A stretch of DNA of 63,348 bases, the filler included, from Salisapilia sapeloensis CBS 127946 (lineage: Eukaryota > Protista > Oomycota), in NCBI GenBank assembly GCA_023334545.1. It is 12 parts of 12 records of this genome, joined end to end, with 100 filler letters (N's around TTAATTAATTAA, not from the genome) between each part and the next. Parts side by side here need not be neighbours in the genome. Positions count along the whole stretch, not along the records: positions 25,404 to 55,743 come from JAADVB010000223.1; positions 55,844 to 58,088 come from JAADVB010000930.1; positions 58,189 to 60,110 come from JAADVB010001006.1; 9 more parts are not named here. One strand, 5' to 3'. A program made the translations under genes and the position numbers. Positions 46,832 to 58,640 of the stretch are shown here, piece after piece. The notes beneath the pieces were generated by a model. That model was not told the DNA's origin. It did no database searches and was given only the letters and a program-made list of their open reading frames with translations. Each line of letters starts with the position of its first letter. Position 1 is the stretch's first letter.

Positions 46832-47539
46832 TTACTCATCCGCTAACCGACCAACTATGACGTATTTTTCTTTAAATTTCTTCACCCAGTCGTCAAGCAC
46901 CTTTTGCTGTTCATCCGTCAAGTCGTCGACTCTCGGATCATCCAGATCGGCCTCACTGAGTGACATGCAGGCGAGGGCTCTTGTCACATCTCTTCCAGCA
47001 AACTGGCCGTACATACCTTGTTCAGGATGATAAAACTCTTTCCCTGTCAACGTGACATCGTATATCTGTCCAGCGACAGCTACGAGGATTTCCTTTCGTG
47101 GGTCCTGTACACCATCATACCTTTGCAATTCTTCTCTTGTCATGTCTCTTGTCATAACGATACGTCCGACAATTTGCACCTGCTCCTCTTCCAGTAGCTT
47201 TTCCTGCCATTGTGCCATTCGACTCATCATCTCCTCTTCCAGATCTCTCAAATCCTCTTTGCGAACGACATTCTTCTTGTCGCCTGTTGCAACTGCATAC
47301 GACACATCTTTTCCAGCCCACATACAAAGCTCTCCATTCGGACCATACTCATCCGCCAAGCTGGTCACGTCATAGACATCACTCGCGACAGATATATAAA
47401 TTGGAAGTCCACATCTTCCATTAAAAGCTTCTAACTCATCAAAAGTAAAGCAGCGTCCAGAAGGATCCCTCTCATCGCCTGTCGGCCGTGGCGGAAGTAC
47501 CTTCGGACCTTTTGGATTCGTCGCCACGGCATTTCCCAT
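46832..47539 (-). CDS. Tandem cytochrome b5-like heme/steroid-binding (MAPR) protein
   Basis: Two repeats: FTFDELEAFNG...VYDVT...YGPNG..MWAGKDVS and MTREELQRYDG...IYDVT...FYHPEQGMYGQFAGRDVTRALA...W...F..KY..VGRL; N-terminus MGNAVAT. Confidence 0.88.
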   Translation of the reverse strand: MGNAVATNPKGPKVLPPRPTGDERDPSGRCFTFDELEAFNGRCGLPIYISVASDVYDVTSLADEYGPNGELCMWAGKDVSYAVATGDKKNVVRKEDLRDLEEEMMSRMAQWQEKLLEEEQVQIVGRIVMTRDMTREELQRYDGVQDPRKEILVAVAGQIYDVTLTGKEFYHPEQGMYGQFAGRDVTRALACMSLSEADLDDPRVDDLTDEQQKVLDDWVKKFKEKYVIVGRLADE

Positions 47540-47671
47540 CGTGTACAAGTGAAAAACGAAACGGGCAACGTAACAAGTCCATGATAACGCGCAAGATCAA
47601 GTAATTTATGCAAAGGTAGAGTGTACTTGCGTTTATAAATACCACCTTGGGCATATTTCTACAATAAACAA

Positions 47672-49813
47672 CTAGGCAGTTGGCGAGGAAGTCGGGTGCA
47701 GACGGACACGAGCGATCGCGTCTTCCAAAGTAATGGATGGATCTCCTGCTACTAATCGCTTGCTCAGCTTGGACGCAGTCATCATATCACTGATACGACC
47801 ATTGGCATGCGCAATGCCGAGGCAAAGATCTTTCCTCGCGAGCTTCTCCTCCAGATCGGAAAGCACCTGCAACGTCGTTGCGTCCATATCGTTCATGTGT
47901 CTCGCATCCAGGACGACTCCCTTGATCTCGACATCGAGACTGTTCACGCGAGAAAGCTCTTGCTCGATACACACGACGACTCGTTCGCAGTTGGCAAAGT
48001 ACAGAGAGCTCTCGACTCGCAACGCCACCACATCCTCCAACACTGAAGTGTACGGGTACATGCTTCGGTCCACGAGGCTTCCGTCGTCGAGCTCTGCCAG
48101 GACAGCGACAGGCTGCGTCTTGGTCTTGTACATGAGCGCCAGGACGGACGAGATAATGGAGGCAAAGAGACCGTTGAGGACACCAAGGCCGAGCGTCAGG
48201 ACGAAGGCTGCGAGCCAGACGAAGAACTCGTCTTTTTTCACCTGGTACAGCCACTTGGCTTCATGCATCTCCACAAGAGAGCTGCCGGCGACGATGATGA
48301 TGGCCGCTAGACTCGCTGCTGGGAGGTAGTACAGCGCACTCGTCATGGTGTAGAGCGCGATGATGATGATCAGGACGGTGCAAATGGACGCCAGTTGCGT
48401 ACGCGCATTCTGCATGTTGACAGCCGTGCGGGACATGGCACCAGTCGATGGGATGGCGGTGAGGAAACCGCAGACGATACTGGCCATGCCGAGACCCATG
48501 AGCTCCTGGTCCGTGTTAATGTCCTCTCCACGCTTAATCGCTAGTCGCTTGGACATGGCGATAGATGAAAGGTACACGACGGCGGCAATGGAGCATGCGT
48601 GGCCGATCATGCTGCCAAAGTCACCTGCATCCAGCAGCCCTTCGTTGAAGCCATACCATGGCACACGAGGGGTGCCATATCCACTAGGCACATCACCTGT
48701 GAGCTCGAGACGCTCCGGACCGACAATATAGCCGACGACACCGCCGAGGATGCAGACGATGAGAGGTCCGAGGTCGCATACGGTCTTAGCGACGAAGAGG
48801 AGCAAGAGCGTCGTCTTGGACATGGGTTTCTCCTGCTCTTCTTCTCCAAACGGATCCACTTCGTCCTTTTCAACGACGGTCGTGGGAGACTCCGGAACAG
48901 CGGATCGCTGCGCTTGCATGTGCTCCATACTGACGTACTGTTGATCTGTCAGAGAGAAGCCGTGGCTCTGATTGTTCGAGTTGACAGGCGTGAGGACCAT
49001 CGGGTTCTGCTGCGTGCCAGATCCGTAGCTGAGTGACTCGGATTCCTCATCTTTCGTCGTATCTGCGTCTTCCTCAAAGATGCTGTTTAAAGAAATCTGT
49101 GCGAGGAACTTGCGTTTGATGATCCGGAGCGATAGAAGGAGGACGATGGAGACGAGACCGAGCACGAAGCTCGTGATATTCGTGTGTGGAATGCTCTCCA
49201 AGACACGGTAGACGGTTACGGGCGGAAAGTCTTCGTGCTTGACCTTGACATCCAGCCAGTTCTTGACCTGCGACAGCATGATGAGGAGACCACCGGCTGA
49301 GATGAAACCTCCCATGACCGGACGAGAGAAGAAGTCGGCGATCTGACTTAGATTAAGCGCTCGGAGGACGAGAAGGATGGCGCCAGAGAGGAACGAGTAG
49401 AAGACGACGGTCGCTGTACGCGTTTCTTCATCCTCAATGTCACTAACAGTCGATCCGACCAGTAAAGACACTTCGGATCCACTCGCGACGGAGAGGACGG
49501 TCGAGCTACCGAACAAGGCGTAGATGAAAGGAGCAGAGGCAGCTGTGTAGAGTCCGTGCTCCGGTGCGACCTGCATCAGTTTCGACAAAGAAACTTCCTG
49601 TGGAATGAGCATCATGGCGACGGTGATGCCGGCAACGATGTCAAACATAAGATCGCGCTTGACATTGTACTGCGGCAGCCATTGGAGGATCGGAAGTAGG
49701 TACTTGACTCGCTCCTTAGCAGTCGGCCGTCGTACTTGCAAGTGGAAAGATGAGTCGTGGGACGCCTGGCTACTGGACGACGCGCCATTTCGACGTTGGT
49801 GTATCTCGGACAT
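47672..49813 (-). CDS. SulP/SLC26 anion transporter with STAS domain
   Basis: PILQWLPQY, DIVAGITVAMMLIPQ, FFSRPVMGGF, NTDQELMGLG, GAMSRTAVN, STAS RVESSLYFAN...VVLDARHMNDMDAT; first methionine ATG at 49813. Confidence 0.92.
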   Translation of the reverse strand: MSEIHQRRNGASSSSQASHDSSFHLQVRRPTAKERVKYLLPILQWLPQYNVKRDLMFDIVAGITVAMMLIPQEVSLSKLMQVAPEHGLYTAASAPFIYALFGSSTVLSVASGSEVSLLVGSTVSDIEDEETRTATVVFYSFLSGAILLVLRALNLSQIADFFSRPVMGGFISAGGLLIMLSQVKNWLDVKVKHEDFPPVTVYRVLESIPHTNITSFVLGLVSIVLLLSLRIIKRKFLAQISLNSIFEEDADTTKDEESESLSYGSGTQQNPMVLTPVNSNNQSHGFSLTDQQYVSMEHMQAQRSAVPESPTTVVEKDEVDPFGEEEQEKPMSKTTLLLLFVAKTVCDLGPLIVCILGGVVGYIVGPERLELTGDVPSGYGTPRVPWYGFNEGLLDAGDFGSMIGHACSIAAVVYLSSIAMSKRLAIKRGEDINTDQELMGLGMASIVCGFLTAIPSTGAMSRTAVNMQNARTQLASICTVLIIIIALYTMTSALYYLPAASLAAIIIVAGSSLVEMHEAKWLYQVKKDEFFVWLAAFVLTLGLGVLNGLFASIISSVLALMYKTKTQPVAVLAELDDGSLVDRSMYPYTSVLEDVVALRVESSLYFANCERVVVCIEQELSRVNSLDVEIKGVVLDARHMNDMDATTLQVLSDLEEKLARKDLCLGIAHANGRISDMMTASKLSKRLVAGDPSITLEDAIARVRLHPTSSPTA

Positions 49814-51316
49814 GCCTTGTCGACGTAAGAAGAAATTGTGGAATGAAACTTCGCCTCGAGTCGATGGTCCTCCATGATGCTGCGACGAGAAGAGGTGGCG
49901 GCCGAGGAAGAGATGATTGGGTCGCGGTCGATGACGTGGTTTGGGCGGGTACATACAAAAAGCAAGGTAGATCTTGGCATGGGGATAGGGGACACAGTTG
50001 ACAGCCAATAAGATAAAAGGCGTTTTATAGCAAATTGGAAGGTCGCTAGGGACGAGACGATGAAGAGGAGATAAAGGGGAAAAGTAGGCACGAGCTACAA
50101 GGCTTTTAGAGTCTTACTAGCCAGTGTGTAAAGGGCTGGGCCGGATGGAATCGAATGCGGGACGAGCGGCTAGATACTTGTAGACGAACATAAAGTAGCC
50201 AGACTTGGAAGTTTGATTAATCGAGGTTGGATATTAGCGAATGAAAAAGCAGTAAAGTATACATGAAAGCCAATCAAATAGTTTGATTTTGGGCTGTTTG
50301 CGTGTTCGCCAGGCAACGGACACTACAGCTCCGATCCAATTGATAGCAGTATACATACTGATAAGGCAGCCTCTCCTTAACGCACTCATCATAGCTCTAT
50401 AATAAGTCTAGAATAAAAGTACTAGACACGTGATACGTACTGCACATATCCATAAGGCAACCTCTACGTGGTAAAGTCCTTGAAGATGGAGGACCCGCCG
50501 AATATATGGAAACCTAGCACAGAAAAGAATCTACGTCACGAAGTAAAGTAGCTGTAGACCTGACTTGATCAGTATGGAGCAACGTGAGCAGGCTTTGCCC
50601 TTAGTTGCTTCTCTTGTTGCCACCCACTGGAATCTGCTTGCACCACCCACTGCCGATGTCTTTTTTTACTTCTATTCCTCATCTATCGGATCTGTGCTTT
50701 CAAGATCCTTTCACTAAAGCACGCCCTACGCCTCGTTTCGCTGGTCTCTCTCACTTACAACTGCCTCGAGATTGTCATGCTTTTACGTCTATAAACGTAT
50801 CTTTCACCTTCACTACGGACAATCGATAAGATGACAGTGCTCGTGTTTCTACATCTTATACATACCAGAGTTGGTCATTATCCAACATTTTGAGGCGCTA
50901 TCTATAATTGTCTAAAAGATGTATATACTTATTACTTTGTGTTTTAAATTAATTTTACTTCATGCTGTCTTCTTATCTTTCCTATCGATAGCTTCTTCTT
51001 AGTCAATTGCACATCACCGCTCTTGATACTTTACGCATACTTGCGTTTCCATTCATATGCAGTTCACACCCCTCCTCCTGTCTTCTCGGATGAATTTAAA
51101 GTCATTCTAGCACTGAAGGTCCAATGTCAACTTTACCTTGGAACTACCAGCTACGACCATGGGCACTCGACAAGCATCGCTATCTATTACATAGACATAT
51201 TTCATCATACTCGGGATTCAGTTTAAAGTAGCAAGTACATTTGAGCACAACTTTTTGTTTCTTTTCGATTTACGTGCAACGATGCCGTCGACCATGGCAT
51301 CCTCAACTACCTCCGA

Positions 51317-53107
51317 TTAAGCGTGGTATGGCGTCACCTTCAACGGCAAGTCGCTGTCCACAGTCAACTCCAGTCCTTCAGACGTACCGATCTGGTGCGG
51401 ATCCTCCAGCATCGTCAAGTCAAACTTGCTCAGCAAGGCGCACATGACGATCTCAAGCTCGACCATGGCCATTCGCTCTCCAATGCACTTCCTGGCTCCA
51501 GTAAGCTATGATCACAAACAGCATGTCAGACCCGTAGGCTAGCTATAAACTACATTAATATACGTACGAAGATTGGGAACTCGGACGCCGTGACATTGAT
51601 AAGACCTCCCGTCGATTCGTCAATCCAGCGCTCAGGCTTGAACTCACGAGCGTCTTCACCCCAGACTTGAGTCAAGAATCCCGTCGCGCGCATGACAGTC
51701 ATCACTTCCGTGCCTTTGCTCACGTAAGTCCCGTCGACCAGTGTAGTGGACTGAGTGGCAGCACGTTGCGAAAGAGGGACCGTCGAGTTTAGACGGAGCG
51801 TCTCTCGAATCACCGCTTCCAAGTACTTAAGCTCAGCAACCTCTTCCACGGTCGGGATACCCGCCTCTTCCTCCAAAAGATGCGGTAACTTGGCCTGGAT
51901 TTCGGCACGGATCTTGGGTAGAACATTTGGATGACGGTGCAGTTCGACGACAATCCATGCCATGGTAGAGCTCGTCGTCATGGCTCCACCCAAGAAGAAG
52001 TTGAGGGCCATGTCGCGCATCAAGGTAGGGTCCGCGTCCAACTTGCCAGTCTTCGACGCTTCCTTGGCCTGACTCTCTAAGAAGAGAGCGATCAAGTCCT
52101 TTGAACGGGACTCATCAACTTGACCACTTTCCATCTCTTGCTTTTGCTTCGCGATAGACTTGTGAATGATGTCATAGATCAATCCGTCCAAGTATTTTTT
52201 GCCCTGGGCAACTTCGGCTTCTTCACCAATACCGAGCATACGTCGGATGGTCCAGTACCAGTATGGCTGCTGGTTACGATGGAAGATACCGCGAGAGATG
52301 AGGCGGATGTTTTCAATGAATTCGTTCTCTTCCCCACGCAAACCCTTTTGCATGCTTTCCAAATCAACGCCAAAGCCAACCTAGTTCGAGAACAGTTATG
52401 GACATGATCTATATGAAGATAGTTCATCTTTCTTACCTGGGTGAAGACGTCCGTTGTGAATTCCATGAATGAGATTCGGCCAGAGATGACGTTGCCTCGC
52501 TTCGCTCGCTCACGCAAGACTTGAATGAATTCTTGAGTACGCTCTCGAATCTTAGTGTGCATGACATCCTTCATCATCTGCATACTGAACAAGTGAGAAG
52601 CCGTCTTTCGTTGGTACTTCCAATGACTGCCAATGCTGTTGATGATGCCATATCCGAGCAAGTCGTAGTTGCGGTCAAGTGACAGTGGGTTGTTGACAAA
52701 GATACTGTTTTGTGTCTTGTAAATGTCCGTAATGTGTTCCGGGGTCGAAACAATCACCATCGGGTCGCGACCCAAGATTTCCAGAAGCCAAGGCTTGCCA
52801 TCCTTCTCCGCGCATGTCTCGGCGAGCCATGTAGTAAACCTATCGGATCCAACGTGTTAAGCACAGGTTATGCAGTTTAACTATCAGACGTTGGAAATTA
52901 CCGATGGCGATTGCGAGAAAGCACTAGAGTGCTACCTAAAAATGGCAGCGCTCCTTTCGGACGAGGCAAGGATTTGCCTTCAGAAGTGTAGGCACGAGGC
53001 TTTTGGTAGTATGACAAGAGCATGTATCCTGCTGCAAGTGGAAGCGCGACGACAGCCACTGATTGTGGTGTAGAAAGCTGCTCAAACTTTTCCATTGCAC
53101 GGTCCAT
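51317..53107 (-). CDS. Cytochrome P450, CYP86/704-like clan (introns of 62, 56 and 62 nt)
   Basis: N-terminal TM and PKGALPFLG, WKYQRKTASHLFS, ExxR (ETLR), FKPERW, heme motif FLTGARKCIG restored by splicing; atypical I-helix GGAMTT. Confidence 0.92.
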
Positions 53108-55397
53108 AGTCTCAAACGGGTAGGTGCTCTGTGGGGTCGATCGGAAGTTGCGGAATGATAGACTCCTGATTTTTGCGGGGGTCCAGCGTTGTTTGTACGT
53201 CTTATGCTGACCAACTGCATAGAGCGGAGCATGAATCAATGCATCGCACACAAAAAGATCATCATAGTGGTCAGTTTCCTTGAAATAGACACGGTATCAT
53301 CGGCTGTCGCCATGTGTCGTGGCAAGTCGAGTACATGGGAAGAGACATTGAGCCGAAGTGGAGTGATCGTGTGAGGATCATCTGATCGATGAGCTCATGA
53401 AAAGGGATAGCGAGTATCTATTAGGGCGGATTTGCATTTCCGACACCAGCCATGGGAACATTGTTAAGTGTACAGGGTATCGAGTATTTGAGTTGGCAAT
53501 CGACGATCGTCGCACGTGCGCCCGTCTGACTGTCGTTCTTCGAGTAACCGGCCTTCAAGCATGGACGAGACGTACTGGCAAGGCAACTCCAATTCCGAAA
53601 AGATCGGTCTTGCGTCGTTTTGTGTGGGGTCGATGTGCATGGACGACGCCGGTATTCTGGTAGCAGATGCATGCCTTTTGGCAGCCAAGACACCCAAAGA
53701 TGCTGTTTGACAGGAGGGCTCCTAATGTGTAGTCATTGAAAGATGAAAGTCTACACAGGGAGAGCTTCAGATCATTTGGAAGATGGTCTTGCTAGTTGGT
53801 TAGTGATCAAGTAGTTTTATTGCTAACGAATTAAGGAGCCTGTACAAGGTTGGAAAGCAATCAATCGCCGCCATATTGCTTGTAGCATAGTAACAAATTG
53901 TACGTCAACTCACCCAGCTTTGACTGTTTCGTAACCTCTTGAATGCGATTATTTTTGTCTTGAGGTCGATGACTCGTAGAGAGCGATTGTATTTTATACT
54001 CTACCCTCGTACTCATGGATATCCGCGATTTTGTTAGCTTTTACTTGTGATTAATACCAAGCGGAGCTTTGGCTATCTGTAGTCTGGTCGAATCTTTCAA
54101 CAATAATTGGATCAACAGTTCGTGGGGGTAGTTTCTGGGAAATTTGTTATTGCTGTCTCATCTTCTGCCTACCTGCACTTGTTCTTATATCAATATGAGA
54201 TATAAATTTAGTAGCTTCGATTGCATTTTGGAATCATAGCATTCCAAGGTCCCACACGATATCAAAGCAGTAGACAAGTAACCCACAAAATATGTATGCG
54301 ACTGACTCATATCCTTATCAGCGTAGCGACTCGTTTTTTATCCTTGGCAGAATGCATAATATTCTGCAGACAGGTGGGAGTTTCGAAATGACTACTGAAC
54401 AAGGTTTCGTTGTAGCACTCGCGATGAATTATAAAGCGCAAGTGGAAAGTGGCACAGTTTCCATTAAAAAGTCGGGATTTAATGTAGATATATGATACTC
54501 CATCATGCATAGTGACAATTCGAAGGCGATTTAAATGTTTTATCCATATGATGATCGTTAAAGCAATGGATTGTAGCTCACCGTCTGAATGTTGCAATAT
54601 AACATTGCTTTAGTTAGAGCTTGCGCTAATCTGTTTTAATCGCAATTTTGGTATTGTAACCTGAAGTTGCGTTGGCAGACAACAAAACTGCGTGTTCAGA
54701 CACAGTCGCTTGAATAGACTTTCTTTCTCTTTTCTTTTTCCTAGGTTTCCATATCTTTTCTACAAGCCATCGTATCTTAAAATCCCGCCGTAAGGAAGAG
54801 AATCATTAACACGGATTTGCCGACATGCATATTGCACATGAACGTAATACTAGAAAAGGAACGAAGCACAATCGAGTGGTTGAAGCTCAAGAAAGAGTAG
54901 AACTGTTGGAAGAACTAATCTATGTTTAGCGACTTTACCAACATGGATGGATCTCCTCAGCTATCGAATTAAGACTCGACCAACGAGTTCAAAAGCCAAC
55001 TACGACCATATTTACTAGGTAGCCGTGAGATTTATATGTGCATGAGATTACTATAGTCGTGAAAACTTGACAGCTCGGATGAATGAAGAAGACGCAGTGG
55101 GCGTTTCCAATATGCTAGAAAAACCATTATACATAGCGTGCATAGCATCACTGCTGCACGCGGTGCTGGGTATACGCTAGTCGACATCATTGCCTAGTAT
55201 AATGATTTCCAGTGGAGAAACCGCGATGCTTTGATGGGGCGTGACCAGACAGCGCACTTCAATCCAATCTATCATTAAGACAAGCAAGACGATGATTATG
55301 TGACCAAACAATCAATAAAATGCTTTTCTTTCCTTTCTTACTCTTTTACAGCCGAGGCGTATCGTACTCCTAAGGAAAATCACCTGGCCTAACACAT

Positions 55398-55743
55398 TTA
55401 GTTCGCCAAAGCGTCGTCACGGATCTTGCACGTCAAAGCGTACGTGTTGACCGTGTCCGAGTACTTGGCTCGGATGACACCACCCTTGCCCGTGACGGCC
55501 TTGTAGAACTCGTCATCCTCCGTCAAGTACATGTCGTCGCCAGGGAACTCGAAGACCTCGTCCTCGTCGCTTGGGCCGCGGAGCACGCGCAGCTTCGGGC
55601 AATCCGAGTACGGCTCGATGATCTGGATGCGCAGGCCGTCGCCCATGAGCTCAAAGTCGGCGTCGTACGCCTGGCCCTGCAGCAAGGCGCCGTGGACGAG
55701 CGAGCCGAGGGCGCCCGTGTCGAAGAACCACGTGGCTGCGTGC
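55398..55743 (-). CDS. Gfo/Idh/MocA-like oxidoreductase, C-terminal part (5' end cut by contig end)
   Basis: AATWFFDTGALGSLVHGALLQGQAYDADFELMGDGLRIQIIEPY...YSDTVNTYALTCKIR; strong GC3 codon bias. Confidence 0.6.
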
Positions 55744-55843
55744 NNNNNNNNNNNNNNNNNNNNNNNNNNNNNNNNNNNNNNNNNNNNTTAATTAATTAAN
55801 NNNNNNNNNNNNNNNNNNNNNNNNNNNNNNNNNNNNNNNNNNN
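55744..55843. other. Artificial contig spacer
   Basis: 44 N + TTAATTAATTAA + 44 N. Confidence 0.97.
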
Positions 55844-56425
55844 AAGGCCAAGTTGCCGCATCTTTTGGATGAAAATGCCGATGTTCCGACGGTTGAAGAG
55901 GCTGCTCAGCTCTATTACTTGGAAGCAGTCATCCGAGAGACACTACGTCTTAACTCAGTGGCACCGCTTTCGATGCGAGTTGCCGCACAGCCAACTACAC
56001 TCGTAGACGGGACGTACGTGAGCAAAGGTACTGACATCATGGCTGACATGATGGCAACAGGAGTTCTGCCCAATGTCTGGGGCAAAGACGCACATGATTT
56101 TAAGCCCGAACGCTGGATTGATCCGTCGACGGGAGGCATTATCACTTTTACTCCAGCAGAATTTCCGGTCTTCGTACGTTTCCTACTACTATGTAATATT
56201 TGTCGAAGTATTGAGCTTTACTAATCGCATTCATAGCTTACTGGACCAAGACGATGCATTGGCGAGCGGATGGCAATGGTCGAGCTACAGATCGTGATGT
56301 GTGCAATGCTCAGCAAGTTTGACTTGAAGATGCTGGAAGACCCGTATCAGATCGTTTCTTCTCCAGGTTTGGAATTGACCGTGGAAGGTGATTTGCCAAT
56401 GAAGGTAACACGGTGCCAAAGCTAA
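55844..56425 (+). CDS. Cytochrome P450 paralog, C-terminal part (63-nt intron; 5' end cut by contig end)
   Basis: EAVIRETLRL, FKPERWID, FPVF|LTGPRRCIG with the intron at the same position as in the 51317-53107 gene. Confidence 0.88.
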
Positions 56426-57028
56426 TCGAGAGCATACGAGGATGTTGTGCAAATTAATGATCTTCCACATGGGACAACAGAAATAAAGAAAAGTTTCTCT
56501 CACGCACTTGATACTTTTAAATTTGATCAGTATATAAAGAGGATTCAGCAGAAGGTCAGACATTAGCCTAAAGCGTAACATGGAAAATATTCCAGTCGTA
56601 TACATTTAGTTATGGGATCTTGTTCACACTGAATTTTACATTGTCGTGCTCAGTACAGCAAGGTTTATGTGAGTAGCGCAACAGCTAGATGAAGCTTTCC
56701 AAGAGCATGCATATCTAAAAATTGAAGCTATGCATGCTGGTATCTAGTTCATTGGGCAATTTAAAGAGGTAACTAGCGTGGTGTGTAGGTTCTTTGCTTA
56801 GGATGATGCTGACTGTTCTCTCAACGAATGCTAGATTGATTGCCTTTTACGACAGGAAGTCTATTGATAATTGCATATCGTCCGTGCCATGAAACATGAC
56901 TAAGCCCTAAACATGAAAAGATTTTGAAAGCATAGTAGAGTGAAATAACTAGTGTCGAAAGTTTCTTGTTAAAGCAAGTTGCTCCAAGCCACACTTGATT
57001 ATCCAGTAACAGCATAGCTTCTTTCATT

Positions 57029-57736
57029 TCACCACGCAACAACCTTTCCTTCGTAATTGTACCATTTGCCGCTGATATCAGATGACATTTTCGGTAGAAC
57101 GTTGGTCAGGATGGCATTTGTGCAGTCGTCAACACTATTCTCAGCTTGATACCCGTTTAAGTTCGTAGACACATGACCTGGACACAAGAGGAAGGTATTG
57201 ATGCCTTCCTTCTTCATGTCTTCACAAAGGCTCAATGTGAGCATGTTTAACGCCGTTTTGGATACGCGGTAGGGCGTGAACGTGCCTGGTATCATGTTCT
57301 CGTTGAGGCTACCAAGCACACTCGAAATGTTCATAACGTACGCTTCGTGGTCGGGCGACTTGCCCACCGCTGCTCTCAAGTTTGGACGAAAAGCTTGGGT
57401 CACCAGGAACGGGCCGACGGCGTTCACTTCGAGTGACTCCATGATCTGTTGCTTCGTGGAGTCATTGGCCAACGCATCGTGGCACATGCCAGCATTATTG
57501 ATGAGGAAGTCGATGGAAATCCCTTCACAGGCTTTCGCAGCGGCTCGAATAGAAGCTTCATCCGAGATGTCCAGCTGGATTATCTTGAACGGTGTAAGTG
57601 CTTTCAGTTCGTCCGCCTTATCTGGCTGACGCGCAGTTCCAATGACCTTCCATCCAGCTTGGGCCATCTTTTCGGCGAGACCAAGTCCAATACCTTGGTT
57701 GGCACCAGTGATAAGACAAGTCTTTTGGATGCTCAT
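57029..57736 (-). CDS. Short-chain dehydrogenase/reductase, C-factor (CsgA)-like
   Basis: LITGANQGIG, LINNAG, NISSVLGS, YRVSK (YxxxK), PGHVSTNLNG. Confidence 0.9.
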   Translation of the reverse strand: MSIQKTCLITGANQGIGLGLAEKMAQAGWKVIGTARQPDKADELKALTPFKIIQLDISDEASIRAAAKACEGISIDFLINNAGMCHDALANDSTKQQIMESLEVNAVGPFLVTQAFRPNLRAAVGKSPDHEAYVMNISSVLGSLNENMIPGTFTPYRVSKTALNMLTLSLCEDMKKEGINTFLLCPGHVSTNLNGYQAENSVDDCTNAILTNVLPKMSSDISGKWYNYEGKVVAW

Positions 57737-58088
57737 GACTCGCTTAAGTTGTCGGTAGTGCTTGTTGCTGGTGCTTATGCAGTCCAAGGCAGAATTGGAA
57801 ATGAAGTTCTAGGAGAAGCGGGATATAGAGTGCTTAAGAACAACCGACATTCAGAATACAGAAGTTCACGAATGACAGAAATTGAGGACATCCCTTTGTG
57901 GAGCGTGAGTGGTGACTTCACGACTTGAGCTACGTCGAGCTGCTTTTCAAGGATCGTCTCAAATGAACCCACTTCGTACGTTTTACGTCGCTTCGCAGTC
58001 CGTTTGATTATGCAATCATTTCAGGATGAATATCAGGTCGCACACATTCTTTAGGAGACGATGAGTCGGAGGATAGCGATGTCTTCGC

Positions 58089-58188
58089 NNNNNNNNNNNN
58101 NNNNNNNNNNNNNNNNNNNNNNNNNNNNNNNNTTAATTAATTAANNNNNNNNNNNNNNNNNNNNNNNNNNNNNNNNNNNNNNNNNNNN
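58089..58188. other. Artificial contig spacer
   Basis: 44 N + TTAATTAATTAA + 44 N. Confidence 0.97.
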
Positions 58189-58527
58189 ACACTCAACTAC
58201 AAATAAAAGCTCTATGGAGAAAAGTATAGGTTTTGTTTCTGCTGCTCTCGTATTTCTGGTCAGAAGGGTTTCGAAACTGCCGTGGGAGCAGCTATCCCGC
58301 TCCGCGACCTGGTGTGGCGTGTATGGGAGGCATTCTTTGGTATCGGCAAGCAGAGCGCATTTTTTCAAAAGTAGATCACAAAGCAGCTCTATAAAGCAGC
58401 TCTAGGGTCATGCTTGTGCCTTTGACTTGTAGACATTTGGATACGATGCAATAGTCGGTCCAAGTGCACCTAGTCTACTGTACGCGCCAAAGTCTAAAGT
58501 TGTCAGTCCAAGAGGAACGAAAAAAAG

Positions 58528-58600
58528 AGTCCTCGACGGGATTCGAACCCGCAATCTCCCGCTTCGTAGGCGGATGCCTTATCCGTTGGGCCACGAAGAC
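58528..58600 (-). tRNA. tRNA-Arg(ACG), copy 1
   Basis: Cloverleaf: acceptor GTCTTCG/CGAGGAC, anticodon loop CT-ACG-AA, T-loop TTCGAAT; T7 Pol III terminator downstream. Confidence 0.95.
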
Positions 58601-58626
58601 TTGTTACAACTACACAACCACTAATA

Positions 58627-58640
58627 ATATATATATATAT
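58627..58640. repeat. (AT)7 microsatellite
   Basis: Direct inspection. Confidence 0.8.

Noticed and set aside
46832-57736. MAPR, two P450s, oxidoreductase and SDR as one biosynthetic cluster
   Set aside because: The set spans an artificial spacer, has no backbone synthase and includes an unrelated SulP; linkage is unproven.
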